Shown piece by piece: positions 36,319-48,573 of a DNA stretch of 64,000 nt. Every line of letters starts with the position of its first letter. The stretch's first letter is position 1. The position numbers were made by a program, and so were the translations under genes. Below the pieces are notes generated by a model, which was given only the letters and a program-made list of their open reading frames with translations, was not told the DNA's origin and did not search any database. Where the stretch lies: NCBI GenBank assembly GCA_010093605.1, contig MU004181.1:2666001-2730000 (forward strand), read 5' to 3'. Origin of the DNA: Lophium mytilinum (taxonomy: Eukaryota).

Positions 36319-39300
36319 TCAGTCCTCAGAAAAGACGAACTTATGGTTCTCAAATAGCGCTTGGACAGCAACACGTTGTTGTTGCACGTCGGTCATTTCG
36401 CGTTCCAGAGTCATCGGGCGCATGATGGTCGGTGCGAAAACCACAGCGAGGTTGAGTGGAGTCATCTACTTGTGTGAGCGTGATGTTTCAGCAGGGAAAT
36501 TAAAGGTTTAAACTTACAAGATTATCCGTTTCATGCTGAATGACGCGTGAAAGATGGAATACCAGAAATTGGAGGCAATCGCGATGGGCTCGTGGCAATT
36601 CGTTGACTGCTGCTAGAATGGAATGCGCTTTTTCCTCAGTATCTTGAACTTCTGTTTCTTTGTCAGCTGTATTCTACACAAGTTCAGAAGAGTCAGACAT
36701 ACGCCCTGCCTCAAGGAACTGATCGTAAACGTCGTAAGTGATCAACGGAACAGGCAATCTCCGGAAATATTGCTTTAAGCAAGATGTGACGGCGTGGATG
36801 TCTAGGTCTGGGTCGGATATATCGTAGTCGGGACTTTTCTCGAATCCACCGCGCACGATATTGACTTGGCCGGAGCCCCCGCTCTTCCGATAAATGCCTT
36901 CGGCATCCATGCCTGTTGACACGCGTTAGTTGAGCTGTGCGAGAGTATGACCAGCATTGACTCACCTCTCAATTCAACCTCTTCGATACATCGAGTCACG
37001 ATGCTTGGAATTACACGTTTCTCAAAGTCGCATCGAGCGGTCAGATCCGAGCCAAATAGGACTGAGAAGTAGTGAGTAAAGAGACAGGCATCCTTGGTGG
37101 AAGAAACGTACCTGAACTGTGCTCTCCAGCCAGATTGCTGCTGCTAGTGTTGTTTTGTGAAGTCTTCTGTAATCTATCCGGCTTACCAGGAACTCCCTTC
37201 TGCGAGAACCACCCTCTAGCTGCCTCGTTTCTAGCGGCCTCGTCTCTTGTTCTAGCTGCGGATGCCATCGAGGAAGTATCCGAGGATGGAGGTATCGATC
37301 CGTACGGGGTGCCGATGACGTTGATGTTGTACTGGTCTTCACGACGATTTTCTGACGCAAAGGCGCCCTTGATTCCCTTAGTCACGTTCTTGGCGAGGCC
37401 TTGACCACCCTTCTTCCAATTGAACTTGTTCGGCTTCCCCTTGCGAATATTGACGACTTGAGGCGCAGAAACCATCGTTGCTTCAGCATCTGCCTCTTGG
37501 ATCAGGTTCGAGTAGGAATGCTCGTGTGTGATTGCGTGTAAATCCATGGCCAGGTCGGATTTGCCCTTCTGCTGGGCGTGGTAGATCCCGAGCCCGTTCG
37601 CAGGACGTCCACCATCAATCGAGTTACTTCCATTGTGGTGCTTGTTTTCTTTCAGAGACTTTTGAATGGTTTCGATCAAATCTCGGTTCATGTTCGAAAG
37701 CTTCGTGTTTTGTGCGCTCAAAGACTCGTATTCTTGGAATCCTTTGTCCTTCATCTGGATGAGATTGGATATCTCGTTGGTTAGGTCCGTCCGCCTTGTG
37801 ATCAGCTCTTCGATTTGTCCACCAAGCTGGTCTTTCAACTTCTGAAGCGAAGCCCCAAAGTCTCGCAGAATGTCTGACTTAAGCTCCTTGATATCTAGAG
37901 ACTGATTGTTATCCTTCGCCTTTTTCAGATGCTCGGTCATGATTTCGAGCTCTCGGATGACCATTTCGCGCTGCGTGTCCAGGACCGCCATGGTGTTCCG
38001 CTTTTCCCTCAGCATAGTGTTCGCCTGCTTCAAGTCCGAGGCATTATTGACAGTCTCGCGTAAGTCATTCTTTTCTGCTTCCAGTTCCGCGATTCTTTGC
38101 TGGGCTCTCCGTAGCTCGTTCCGCAGATTGGAGTTTTCTTCTCTGGAGTCTGGGGAGGGCATGGTGGGGCTGCTTATAAGGTCAATAGACCCGTTGGTGG
38201 GCCACTTCTTATGTCCACCAGCCGACACTCGAGACCCTCTGTCGCTGAAACTCCGTCCGTGCTTGGAGACAGCGTTGGACACCCGTCGCAGCACGGACGG
38301 ATCCTTGTCGCCATGTTCTTGGCTCATCAACAGTCGAGCCAGATCCTCGTCCATTGAGAAGTCGCCTTGCGCACTGTATCGTGGGAGGCCTGCAGAGGCA
38401 AAGCCATGGGATTGGTCGCTTTGCACCGTGCTGACAGACTCGTTAGTCCGATGTTGGTGGGGTGGAGGTGGTGGAGGTGCAGGCGGAGCACGAGGGGATG
38501 TGAAGTTGTCGCCCGTCTGTGCTGCGCCAGGGCGGTCAGCGGATCGAGAGGGCGGATCGGGCGTGTTGAGGATGCTCTTCGACGTTGGGGACTCAATGGG
38601 ACTGGAGATGGTGTAACCGCCGTTCATGTGCGACCTAATCCCTCCGGCAGACATCTTCCGCTCATGCATTGGGGCAGTGGGCGTAGAAGGCGAGGATTTG
38701 GAAGGGGCATCCTTCCGCGCGAGGCCCGGCTTGAGTGAGTCTTCCCGCTTTGGCCGCTCCACCACTTTCTGGGTTGAGCTGTAAGACGAGGCCTGCGACG
38801 ATGTCGACTCTTCGCGAGCCCGCGAATCCGGAGCCACAGGTGAAGACGACAGTGACGACCCATCAAGCTGTGGACTCAGCGTCCTGCCTGCCGCATCTAC
38901 TGCCGGTGAATTCTGCGACGGAGATCGCAGCTCGGATCGCGAGCCGCTTCTAGATGCGGTTTTCTTATTTTTAGGAACTTCCTGTAGCTTGAATGCATCG
39001 CCCTGGCTTGAAGACGCTGTTTGTGGGCTCGCCATTTGCGTGCGGGACCGGTCGTTCCCAACTATAGGCGACGCGGTCGACGAAGGCGGTGGCATTGGCT
39101 CCTTCCGCTTCCGAACAGTCTCCACCACATTATCTGAGTTCGCGCGGCCCTTCTCCTGATATGCAATGTGGGGGCTTGCTGCCGCTGTGGAGGGCTTGAC
39201 TGCAGGGCGGTCTCTCTCGGTTGATGCTGATCTGGACGAGCCCGGTCTGTTCTCTTTGAGCATATCGCGGTGCGATGTGTTCGATGGCCGATTGAAATAA

Positions 39301-40390
39301 TCTCGCCCGGTTTTAGATTCCTGTCCCCTGGTGTGGCCAGCCTCCACCGGGCCTTCGTTGAATTTGCGAGACTTGCCAAGCGGGGACGGCCCTGGAGCGA
39401 CTGTCGGGTCGAGTGCGAACGGAAGGAGGATACCATCTTCGCCGTTGTCAGACGGATCGGATTGTTTTGGTTCCTTGGGTTCCTTGGGTTCCTTGTGTTC
39501 CTTGTAGGTGCTTGCGGGGAGGGTCTCTGTGGGGCTGTTAGGACTAGGGACTGGATCTCGAGACTAGCTGGAGCAAAAGTACCTTTGGGCGCCTCAAAAG
39601 ACGCAGGAGACGCATCTCTGCGGAAGTTACCAGGGGAAGAGTCCTTCCTCATACTGGAACCGCGCGGTCGGGGAGAAGTGTCGGTGGTTGGTGGCTCCGA
39701 GTACTGTTCAGACGAGGGGGTATCCATGTCTGGGGTGAATGTGCTCGACGGAAGGGCACTAGGCGGCAAAGCAGGAAGAGACTTGTCGAATATCGCCCCA
39801 GTCGCTGCTGGAGGTGCTTTCTTGGATTTTTTACGACGTCGAGCCATAAGCGATTCATGACACGACATGCAGAATATGCCCTGTGACGTGCGCGCATAGC
39901 GGAGATTCTCGATTTTCCGTTTACAATTCCTGCAGCGGAAGCAGTTGGCACAGAATGCCTGGTCCCCCGTAAGGATTGCCAGATCCTCAATCTTGTTGCC
40001 GCAGTGGTTGCAGCTGTATGTGCAGTTGTTGCAGATGAGTGAGCCATCGCCGAGGAGGAGGAGGTTCGCATCCGAGTCGAGGAGGGTGCCGCAGGTGTTG
40101 CAGCGAAAGCAATCGATATGCCATCGGTTCCCAGCTGCGCGAGCGTCAGAGATGTCGGTCGAAGCGCAGACACAGCAGCGAAAGCGGGAGACACGCAGGT
40201 AGGTAGCAGGACTCATGGTGACAACTTACCTAGTTCGAAAGCCTTGCCCTCTTCCAGAATCTTATAGCAGCACAATTAGCAACGGTCCAATTGCTCGGAC
40301 GGCAACGCATACCTCTCCGCAGTTCTTGCAAGGGTAGACAACGTCATCTGGGTCCAGAGGGGACTCTGGATATGCCCCAGGCGACTCCAT
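36319..40390 (-). CDS. LIM-domain Rho GTPase-activating protein (Rga1/Rga2-like), multi-exon
   Basis: N-terminal LIM pair (CKNCGE/ILEEGKAFELAGNRWHIDCFRC; CNHCGNKIED...CMSCH), central coiled coil, GAP domain with GIYRKSGG, LKQYFRRLP, MTPLNLAVVFAPTIM. Intron 39527-39582 joins the two long ORFs. Confidence 0.93.
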
Positions 40391-42914
40391 AGCGGCGGCG
40401 GGTGAGCACTGGTGCGGTGTTCAAGGAGTCTGCTTGTCGAGGGCGGAAGACGAAGCCTCAGGCCGCACTGAGAGGCCGTTACAGTCGCAGATACGGAGGA
40501 GGGTGCGCAGCGATCGTCAAGGGCGGACTTGGGGGCGCGGTAGCGGACTTTGCATGGCACTCAACGGTCAGGGTGGCGCACACGGGCGGCGGAGGTGCGG
40601 TGAAGGAGGGCTGGGCGCAGGGTGAGGGCTCTGGCGGAGGTGGTCCGCTCACGCAGATGGCCTTGCTGATGAAGAGGTGTTCGCTCAAGGTGTGGTGGAT
40701 GGAGGGCTAGCTAATTCGGTATGGTGTGGCACACTTAGGGTGCGCGCCCGAGCTCTCAGCCAGGACCAGCAGCGAGCAGACGCTTGTGATTCAGGGTCCC
40801 AGGCCAGATTGGGTACAGTACTACGCAACCTGGGGTGTCAAAAAGGTACGCGGGCAGCAGTCGGATTTGCTTAGGCTTGGAGGTAAAGAGCAATGGCCGC
40901 GCTGTGTGGCCGCACAACTCATAGCCACCTCGAGGCTGGCAACGTCTGCATCCCCCCGAATGCACTCAACGGCAACGTGAAACTACGACGCCCGGGCCTC
41001 GCTCACGGCACCTCCATCGCGGGCGGCAGCCGAGCGCAGCGATCAGGCCGTGTCGAGCCCTCCGCACCGACGATCGAACTGCCTTCAGCTTCTCGTCCAG
41101 CACTACTGCCACACTGCCCTCACCAGCGCGGCATATCGCACGCTGGATTGGCCCATCGGTCGCCGGAGACAAGGCCCGGCTCCGCTGCATGCGCTGCTGC
41201 TCGCAATATGCCAGGGCGTGATGGAGGAATATAAATCGAGGTGAGGTCGAGCCCCCTCTTTTGCACATGCCCTAGGCCGCAAGGGAACCGTCGTCGACAG
41301 CCACACAAGCTCGAGCACGACGACGACCCGTTCGCTCAGGGCCTTCCCCACCGCCGGCGCAAGAGACGCCAGGGGCGGCATCGTCTGTAAAAATAGACGC
41401 TGCCCACTGCCCTGCCGCAGGATGCCTTCTGGCAGCGCGCCTGAAAACACCACACCACCACCATCACAGCTTGTCAGCCGCGAGGTAACTTGTCCTGCCC
41501 TCGTCGAGCTACGGTGCTGAGCGCGGCCGTGCCGCGACCGAATGGGCTTTTGGCGGTGGGACGCCCTTCAAACAACTTGGCCATCACCGACATCAGCCGT
41601 AGTTTCAGAAAGCCAGGCCCTGCGGTTGGACCAACACGTGTCCACCTTCCCTCTGCATCGCCAGCCCCGATGTTTCTCAGAGCATCGAGAGTCCAGACAA
41701 CCGCTCTGTCACGCTGCTTTGCGCGTAGGCGGCAATGATCCTCTCTCCTACTCCCAACATGCACCCCACACGCTTCATGTCGGCCACCCAAGCTCGCGCT
41801 CACCTCCTTGCTGAGACAGCTAGGTACGCAGACGGATCGTGGCCCTTGTTTCACCGTGCCGAGCGGGTACCTGGGCACCTGGCTCTCGGGAGTGGTTGGC
41901 GACACATCCGCCTGGTCCTACCGCCTCAGGTCTCGCCGGTCACATGACAGGGGGTATACCACGCGTCATGCTCCTATATCACGTCCTCTGCAACCCCTCT
42001 ATGCATCTCTAACTCACAGACTTCGAAATTGCGCTCTGCACTGCGTTGGTGTAGAGGTACCCTACTAGTGACAGCAACAGCGGACAGCATACAAACGCAA
42101 CACGAGACCCCCTACCGCAAGCACCGCTGCCGTCGTTCATCCGTAGGTATGATGCGTGGAGGTTAGTTTTAGGTGGTGGCACAGCGTTTATAATCATGCG
42201 TCGCACAGTCAGACTCTAGTCTCTTCCTCATCCTCCCATTTGCTGTCCCATTCGCGAAATTTCCAGGTTTCGAACGTCTCATAGGGTTACGTCTGCAATT
42301 TAATTCATGTGGAGACGTTGCGTGTCATCTTGCCCATGCGGCTCGTTCAAAACGCAAAGCATTGCGCAAGCACGTCCACTGTAAACACAAGAGCACATAC
42401 ATACCCCACGAACTGTTTGAGAAACTAGGTGGTCTACAGATGTAAGTGGCGACGTTTTGGCAGGTTGTAGGTGTAGGACCGCACTCGTCACATTCCGACC
42501 ACGTGCCAGTCATCGTTCACGTTACCCCAGGAATTACAAGCGTCAGAATACACGTTTGGTTGGCTGACGTGCGCATGTCTCGCCCGTCTACTGGTTGGGT
42601 AACCTCACACATTCAGGAGCACTGCAGCCGTTACAGAAATTTGCTCAGCATGTAAGTTTGGAAAACGTCAGCACACGAAACGCTTATCAGATATGTGTTC
42701 CTATAAGCAGGCTGTCTAGATCTTCGCACTAGTAATGCCGTCTCTGGACCACCCCTGTCCTAGTCGTAGATGACCTGTTTCACTGCTGCGCTCTTAGAAG
42801 AGCACTACATAATACATCTTTCACGTATCATACTATGCTCACTTCAATAATGCAGTCGAGGGTAGGAACGTCGGCCCAGCCAGGACTCTACACTCAGCAT
42901 TTGGAGAAAGTCAT

Positions 42915-43410
42915 AACGAAATGTTCTCAGCAGTGCTTGCAATAAACCGCGCTTTTAGCGGGTATTGCAAGACAGCCTCGGCTTCTTCCAAGGCCGCCTC
43001 GTCTCTCCAGGACCGCCTCGTCTTTCTTCAAGACCGCTTCGTCTATCTCGGTTGCCGAGTCCATAGGCATTCCCGTCACTTCTACATCAGCTCAGAGCCT
43101 ACCGCGGGTAGCGGCGGCTACCTATGTGACAAATTCAGGTCGAACTACTCCCGAGGGAGATACTATATAGCATGTGGATGCAGTATATCAAGTCCACAAG
43201 TAATGCCCAGCAAAGCAATAACAAAACTAAAGCCTATAAGAAAGGCTTTAGTTTTGCTTCAGTTAACCATAATACTCGGCGCTATAACCATAGCGCAGAT
43301 ACTAGTATTAAATATCTAGAAGGCTAATACTAAGCTAAAGCCGAACATTAAACTACTTATCTAGATTTAAATAATTTGACTAGGGCGGAAACCCTTCTAC
43401 AGCTTGCTCC
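42915..43410 (-). pseudogene. RIP-like mutated relic of a membrane-protein gene
   Basis: Frame MFGFSLVLAF*IFNTSICAMVIAPSIMVN*SKTKAFLIGFSFVIALLGITCGLDILHPHAI*YLPRE*FDL with TAG/TGA stops; TpA-rich; degenerate 21-bp DEAVL repeats downstream. Confidence 0.5.
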
Positions 43411-44344
43411 CGCGCGCCAACAAGGGTACTGGGAACAACTTGCAGATGATATAATTTCAAAAAAGATATACTCCACTGCACGGCCTGCATGCAACTGGGA
43501 CAAGTTTAGCGAGGCCTCCTGGTACAATTACTAGATGTATATCGAAGTACATACAGAAATATTTACCCGCTCGCGATATTTCGAGCGCACAACTGTACTC
43601 GTAGATCACTGTGCTATTTCAAATCCCTCTCCTTTTACCGAACGAGCCAAACCGGCGATATTACTGAGCCCTTTCGAAAGGTCTGAACACACTGGCTCAC
43701 TACGGTTTGACGTGCATCAGCGCATTATGAAAATTAGCATGCGATGTGAGGTCTAAGCGAGTTCAACTTGGAAAAATTTCACATGCGTACAATCGACCTA
43801 CGTGGCCGCTGTATATAGTGCGTCAGCATATTAATAGCAATGTGGAAAGATGATGCAAGAAATGGCGTGCCCAACTTGTGTCCTAGTACTGTACCGGAGA
43901 AGGGCTTGTACAATTAAACGGACTGCCTGAAACAAATGAGATATATACTAAAACCCCTATAATCTACGCCCTTAAGGCTGGGAGCTAAGAATAGGACGCT
44001 TCGCTCAGATTAGTGCTCCACGACTTCACCTAAAAGAAGTTCATGGACGGCAGGTGTCAACGAATCTAACACCTAAGGATGATAATAAATAAAACATTGT
44101 TAGTGTTAAGATCTCTATAATTTGGTCTGACTATATGCTGCACGCTGTACTCTTTGCACAGCATATATATTACCTTTTTATGGGTTATCAGAATGACAGT
44201 CCGTATCTATTCCTCAACTGGCCCCATGGTCTTCATTTGTCGAATTCAAAATAGCAGAGAACGCTTGGCGGATTTTCTCGAGCTTCCGTACCGCGATATT
44301 CTATCAACTCGCTCCACAACACGTTTATTAGCGCCATGCGTAGT

Positions 44345-44640
44345 ACTTGTATAGAGTTTATCAGGCATAAGAAGCCTTTTATAGAGGTTTTAGCTTATAA
44401 TATTTAAGATTAGTTGTTTTATTTAGGGTACAAGCCTATAGGAGAGAATCGGACGCACTAAAGTTATAAATGCGCTAAATCGCGCTAATCTAGCGCATCT
44501 TAGCAGTTTTCCAGGCTAAATTTAGACTAGAATAACTCCTCTCCCTATGTATATTAAAGGCTAGAGTTATAGAGTCTAAGTAAGCTATAGAATAAGAGTC
44601 TACTATAGAAGTTTTAAGACCGTAGCTTTTAATCTGTGTT
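44345..44640. mobile_element. AT-rich, RIP-like degraded repeat or transposon fragment, family unassignable
   Basis: Abrupt AT-rich block dense in TAG/CTA/TAA and poor in CA/TG; no ORF. Confidence 0.45.
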
Positions 44641-45301
44641 GGGGCTCTTTGAAAATGTGATGCGGAGCTCGAAAAAATCCGCCAAGCGTTCTCTGCTATT
44701 TTGAGTTCGACAAATCAACTTCGCAACCGAGCGCTCAGCCGCGTTCCGATGCGGTGTGCGCTCGGGATGCCGAGATGTTTAAGCACCGCTCGAGCCACTC
44801 CCGATCGTCGTCTCCCGCTCGTGAAACCATCTCTGCCGCCTCAAATTTGCCTTGTATCACAGCATTCTGCCAGTCGGCTAGGCCTCTTCCGCCATCGGAT
44901 GCTTCGTTCCCCTACGAAAAGCTGAGAGCAGTCTGCAAGGTATGAAGCCACCAGCCCTGCGTGTTCTAGGCCTCCCAGCGGCCCTCGTCCCGAGAGATAT
45001 GGAAGCATGCAGGCAAACACCATGGCGATCCTGCATTGTGGCGTCCAGTGTGACTCTCCCAGCTGCGGCAGCACGCGCTGCCAACTCTAAATACGAGTCT
45101 CGGGGACGAGGCTTGGACTGTGGCTGTCGATCGTGTTGTCGCCCTCAGGCTATTTTGCCCCTCTCCTCTACAGTTCTTCTCTTTCGTCCAATGTCTTCTT
45201 CGCGAGCTCTGTTGCATCTCCTCTACCTTTTCCACTTCCTTTCGTCCTGAGAGTATCTCTTGAGGCCTCTGCGTTGAGCAGCTACCTTGGGGACATTCGT
45301 T

Positions 45302-46433
45302 ATGGATCCTATTGCCCCTGCCACTCCTCTCGATTTGCGCGAGCGTCAGCGACGACATGCACGCGTCTGGGTCCGCTCAACGACTCTTATAATTTCGACG
45401 GCTTCTCTGGTCGTAGCTATCTTGGAAATGATCCAGTTTGCATGGTACTTCAACGCTATCATGTCTATTGCAGTTGTTAGGAGCCCACCTCTCATTGAAT
45501 CTGTTGCTCTCCATCTACACTTAGACGAAGCTTTGCATACACCCTTATTTCAACGCCGCTAACACGACTATCTTCACAGTTCGCAGCAGCCGTGGCTTGG
45601 GAGATTGCCGATCTGATCACGTATTGCGTCAATAAACGGGGAATTCATCCTGGAGCACACGTCGGTGTGGAGCTCATTCTCTGGCTAGCAATGATAGTCT
45701 GCACCATCCTCTGGGGCATAAATGGAGCTTACTGGGATACCTACGACTACATAAGTGGTTCTTATAGTTTCACTCACAATCAGATTGCAATTGCGGCTGT
45801 GACTACGGAGGCATTATCAACGTGAGTACCACACTTGCCCCTTTCTATTGCGCTTCCTTCAATCAGCTCCTTGACGCTCGAGGGCCTTCTCAACAGATGC
45901 ATGGATACATTTGAGCTATTTAGTTGCTAATCGACACTTCTACCTGCAGAATATTCCACTTCACTCTCTTCGTCTGGGCCTGTGTCGATACCGACCGCCG
46001 CCGTAAGATGCGCTACGCTGATATGGCTGCCATGGCAAACCAAGCGCGTATGAGCGTGGCTGCCGCCACCATGGCCGGCAACACTCCCTACAACTATCCA
46101 CCCCCGCCGCCGGGAATGGCGTATCAGCTGGTTACCGCCCCGCTACCGAATGGACAACAGCCGCAAGCGCAAGGCGGAGTACAGCCGAATACTCGGTATT
46201 CCCAAACTACATCACAAGTCTTCCAGCAGCATGATCAAAGGAGTAGCAATGGATCGCCTCTGCAACAGCAGCGGGTCCAAAGCTTCCAGTCTTCGCAGGC
46301 CCCGATCCAGCCGCATGTTTATCCGAGCCAGCACGGGCAGCAGTATGCTCCGCCCCAGTATTCGAATATATCGGAGATTGACCAGGGAGTTCGTACGCCA
46401 ACTGTGATTGAAATGAGTGCGAAAAGGGATTGA
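45302..46433 (+). CDS. Four-TM MARVEL-like fungal membrane protein with Q/P-rich tail; introns 45476-45579 and 45822-45949
   Basis: Four hydrophobic segments, IHPGAHVGVELILW and IFHFTLFVWACVDT motifs, low-complexity C-terminus; introns keep frame. Confidence 0.8.
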
Positions 46434-46935
46434 AGAGGGGAAGGTAGGCGTTTGAACGGATATGCTTGTTTCTGAGGTCTGAGCGTGGAGTCTGAAACTA
46501 TGGCAATCTGGATAGGTACAGTACTGGGGCAAAGCTTTTTGTATACCTTTCTGCTACCGCTTGTGGTTCTTCAACGTGCTTCCAGCCGCCAGAATTGGAT
46601 CAAAATGCATCCTCTTGACAGGCGCGACACCTTACCAGCAAACTCAAGCGGCGGCAAAGAGGTATACGAAAGAAGCCTTGCTGCTATCAACCGGGTATTT
46701 CTGCTGCGGGACAATCTTATAGACGCATTGGAGTAGGGTGAACATTGCGCAGGTGCAATCAAGGGACTTGCCATGTGACGCTCATGTGAGCTACGTTCAC
46801 TCAATGCCACCATGATTGTTAGGCGGTGCAATTTCTCATATAAAAGTAGTACTTCTAAAGAACTTTCTTGTTCTGGTCTCCATCACACATAACAGATCTC
46901 ACTATAACGCACTGCTTCCATTCCATGCCGATGAA

Positions 46936-48071
46936 ATGCCTTTCCTGTTCAGACTCGTCTTCACTATCAGCCTCCTTGTGGGTTCGACGACCGCCTACAC
47001 GGTCAAGAAGACCTGGGACGCATCCAACTTCTTCGATGAGTTCAATTTCTATTCAGTGAGTAGCCTCGCTTACCGCCTTTAAGACTACTATGGTAAAACA
47101 CTCGTACTAATTCCAACGCAGGACGTAGATCCCACCCATGGCTTCGTCAACTATGTCAACAAACACACAGCGTTGAACGCCGGACTGGCCAAAATCACCA
47201 ACGGCAAAGTCCGCATCGGCGCTGACAGCAATTCCGTCTTGGATCCGAACGCGAAGCGAGGCCGGAAGAGCGTGCGTCTCGAGTCCAAGGCACAATTCGA
47301 CCACGGCCTCCTCATTGGCGATTTCGACCACCTCCCAGGAAGCGCCTGTGGTATCTGGCCGTCCTTGTAAGCACTGATAGCAATCCCAATTCACTCTCCA
47401 AGACCATGCATACCGTCAAAATTCTACCACTAACATCCCATACCATTTCCAGCTGGGTCATCGATCTCGACAGCGACGTTTCTGAGGGCAAGCCCTACTC
47501 GGAAATCGACATCATTGAAGGCGTCGCCCTCCAAGACTACAACGAGATTAGCCTCTATACTAGCCAGCACTGCACCCTCGCTGTCAACAACAAGCACGAA
47601 CTAGGTACCAGCCCCAGTCTCGACTGCGTGCAAAACGCCGACGAAACCCTGCCTGGCTGCGGTCTCAACTCGCCCCCTGGCACCTTCGGTGACTCCTTCA
47701 ACGTCCACAACGGCGGCGTCTGGGCGCTGCAAGTCGAAGCCCACGGCATCCGCGTCTTCTTCTTCCCGCACGGAAATGTCCCCAGTGATATTGCAGCTGG
47801 CAATCCGAACCCAGATGGATGGGGCAATGCGGTGTTGGACTGGAAGCCGAATCAGTGTGATATCGGGAAGGCGTTCAGGAGACTTAACACCGTCTTCAAC
47901 ATTGCGTTCTGCGGGGATAACTATGAGGGTGGCGCATGGGGTGGGGAAGACTGGACGGGGTGTGGGAGCAAGACCAGGGCGAGGACGTGTGAGGATTTTG
48001 TTGCGAAGAATCCGGGTGCGTTCAAGGAAGCGTACTTTGTGATCAATTCGGTGAAGTGGTTCCAGAAATGA
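46936..48071 (+). CDS. Secreted GH16 endo-1,3(4)-beta-glucanase (fungal Lam16A-like); introns 47056-47121 and 47367-47452
   Basis: Signal peptide, NFFDEFNF, DPTHGFVNYV, GRKSVRLES, catalytic EIDIIEG, GGVWA, FNIAFCGD. Confidence 0.93.
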
Positions 48072-48573
48072 GAGATGGATGGAAGGGAGATCTGAAGGTT
48101 CCTGCTGGTCAGGTAGGTAGGCGAGCTGGTTCGGAGGCTCATGGCATATGGGTAGATCAAGAACCCAATGCAAAGGCTCTGCAAATGACACCTAAACCCT
48201 CCGGGGGTGGAGTGACTACGCGTCTTGGTAGGTAGTCGGACTATATTAGTGAGCTGGTCTGAGGCCTCTCGGCAACTAGGTAGGGAGGTGAACTAATACG
48301 AAGGCATCGGCTATCAAGTTAGGTGGGAGAGCTTGTATCGAGACTCTTGTAATAGCATTCGATCTTTTAGCCTTGGCGCCCTCGGGGGTGGAACAATAGT
48401 CTATCAAGGTACACAACAGAGTAAGGTCAATGATCCAATTTCCATCTCACCTCCCATTCACATCATCGTTTCCACAGTAACCACGTGCTCGGCTGTCGTG
48501 ATGTTACGACTTCTCGCCTTTTGTCCTTCTCGTCCTTCTCGTCACTCTTGTTCCTCTCAACATCAACACCAAC

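Noticed and set aside
39300..39600. Apparent frameshift between the two long RhoGAP ORFs
   Set aside because: Explained by intron 39527-39582 (GTACTT...CTAAC...CAG).
40400..42200. Many short GC-rich ORFs upstream of the RhoGAP
   Set aside because: Expected by chance in a GC-rich leader/promoter; no domain or splice support.
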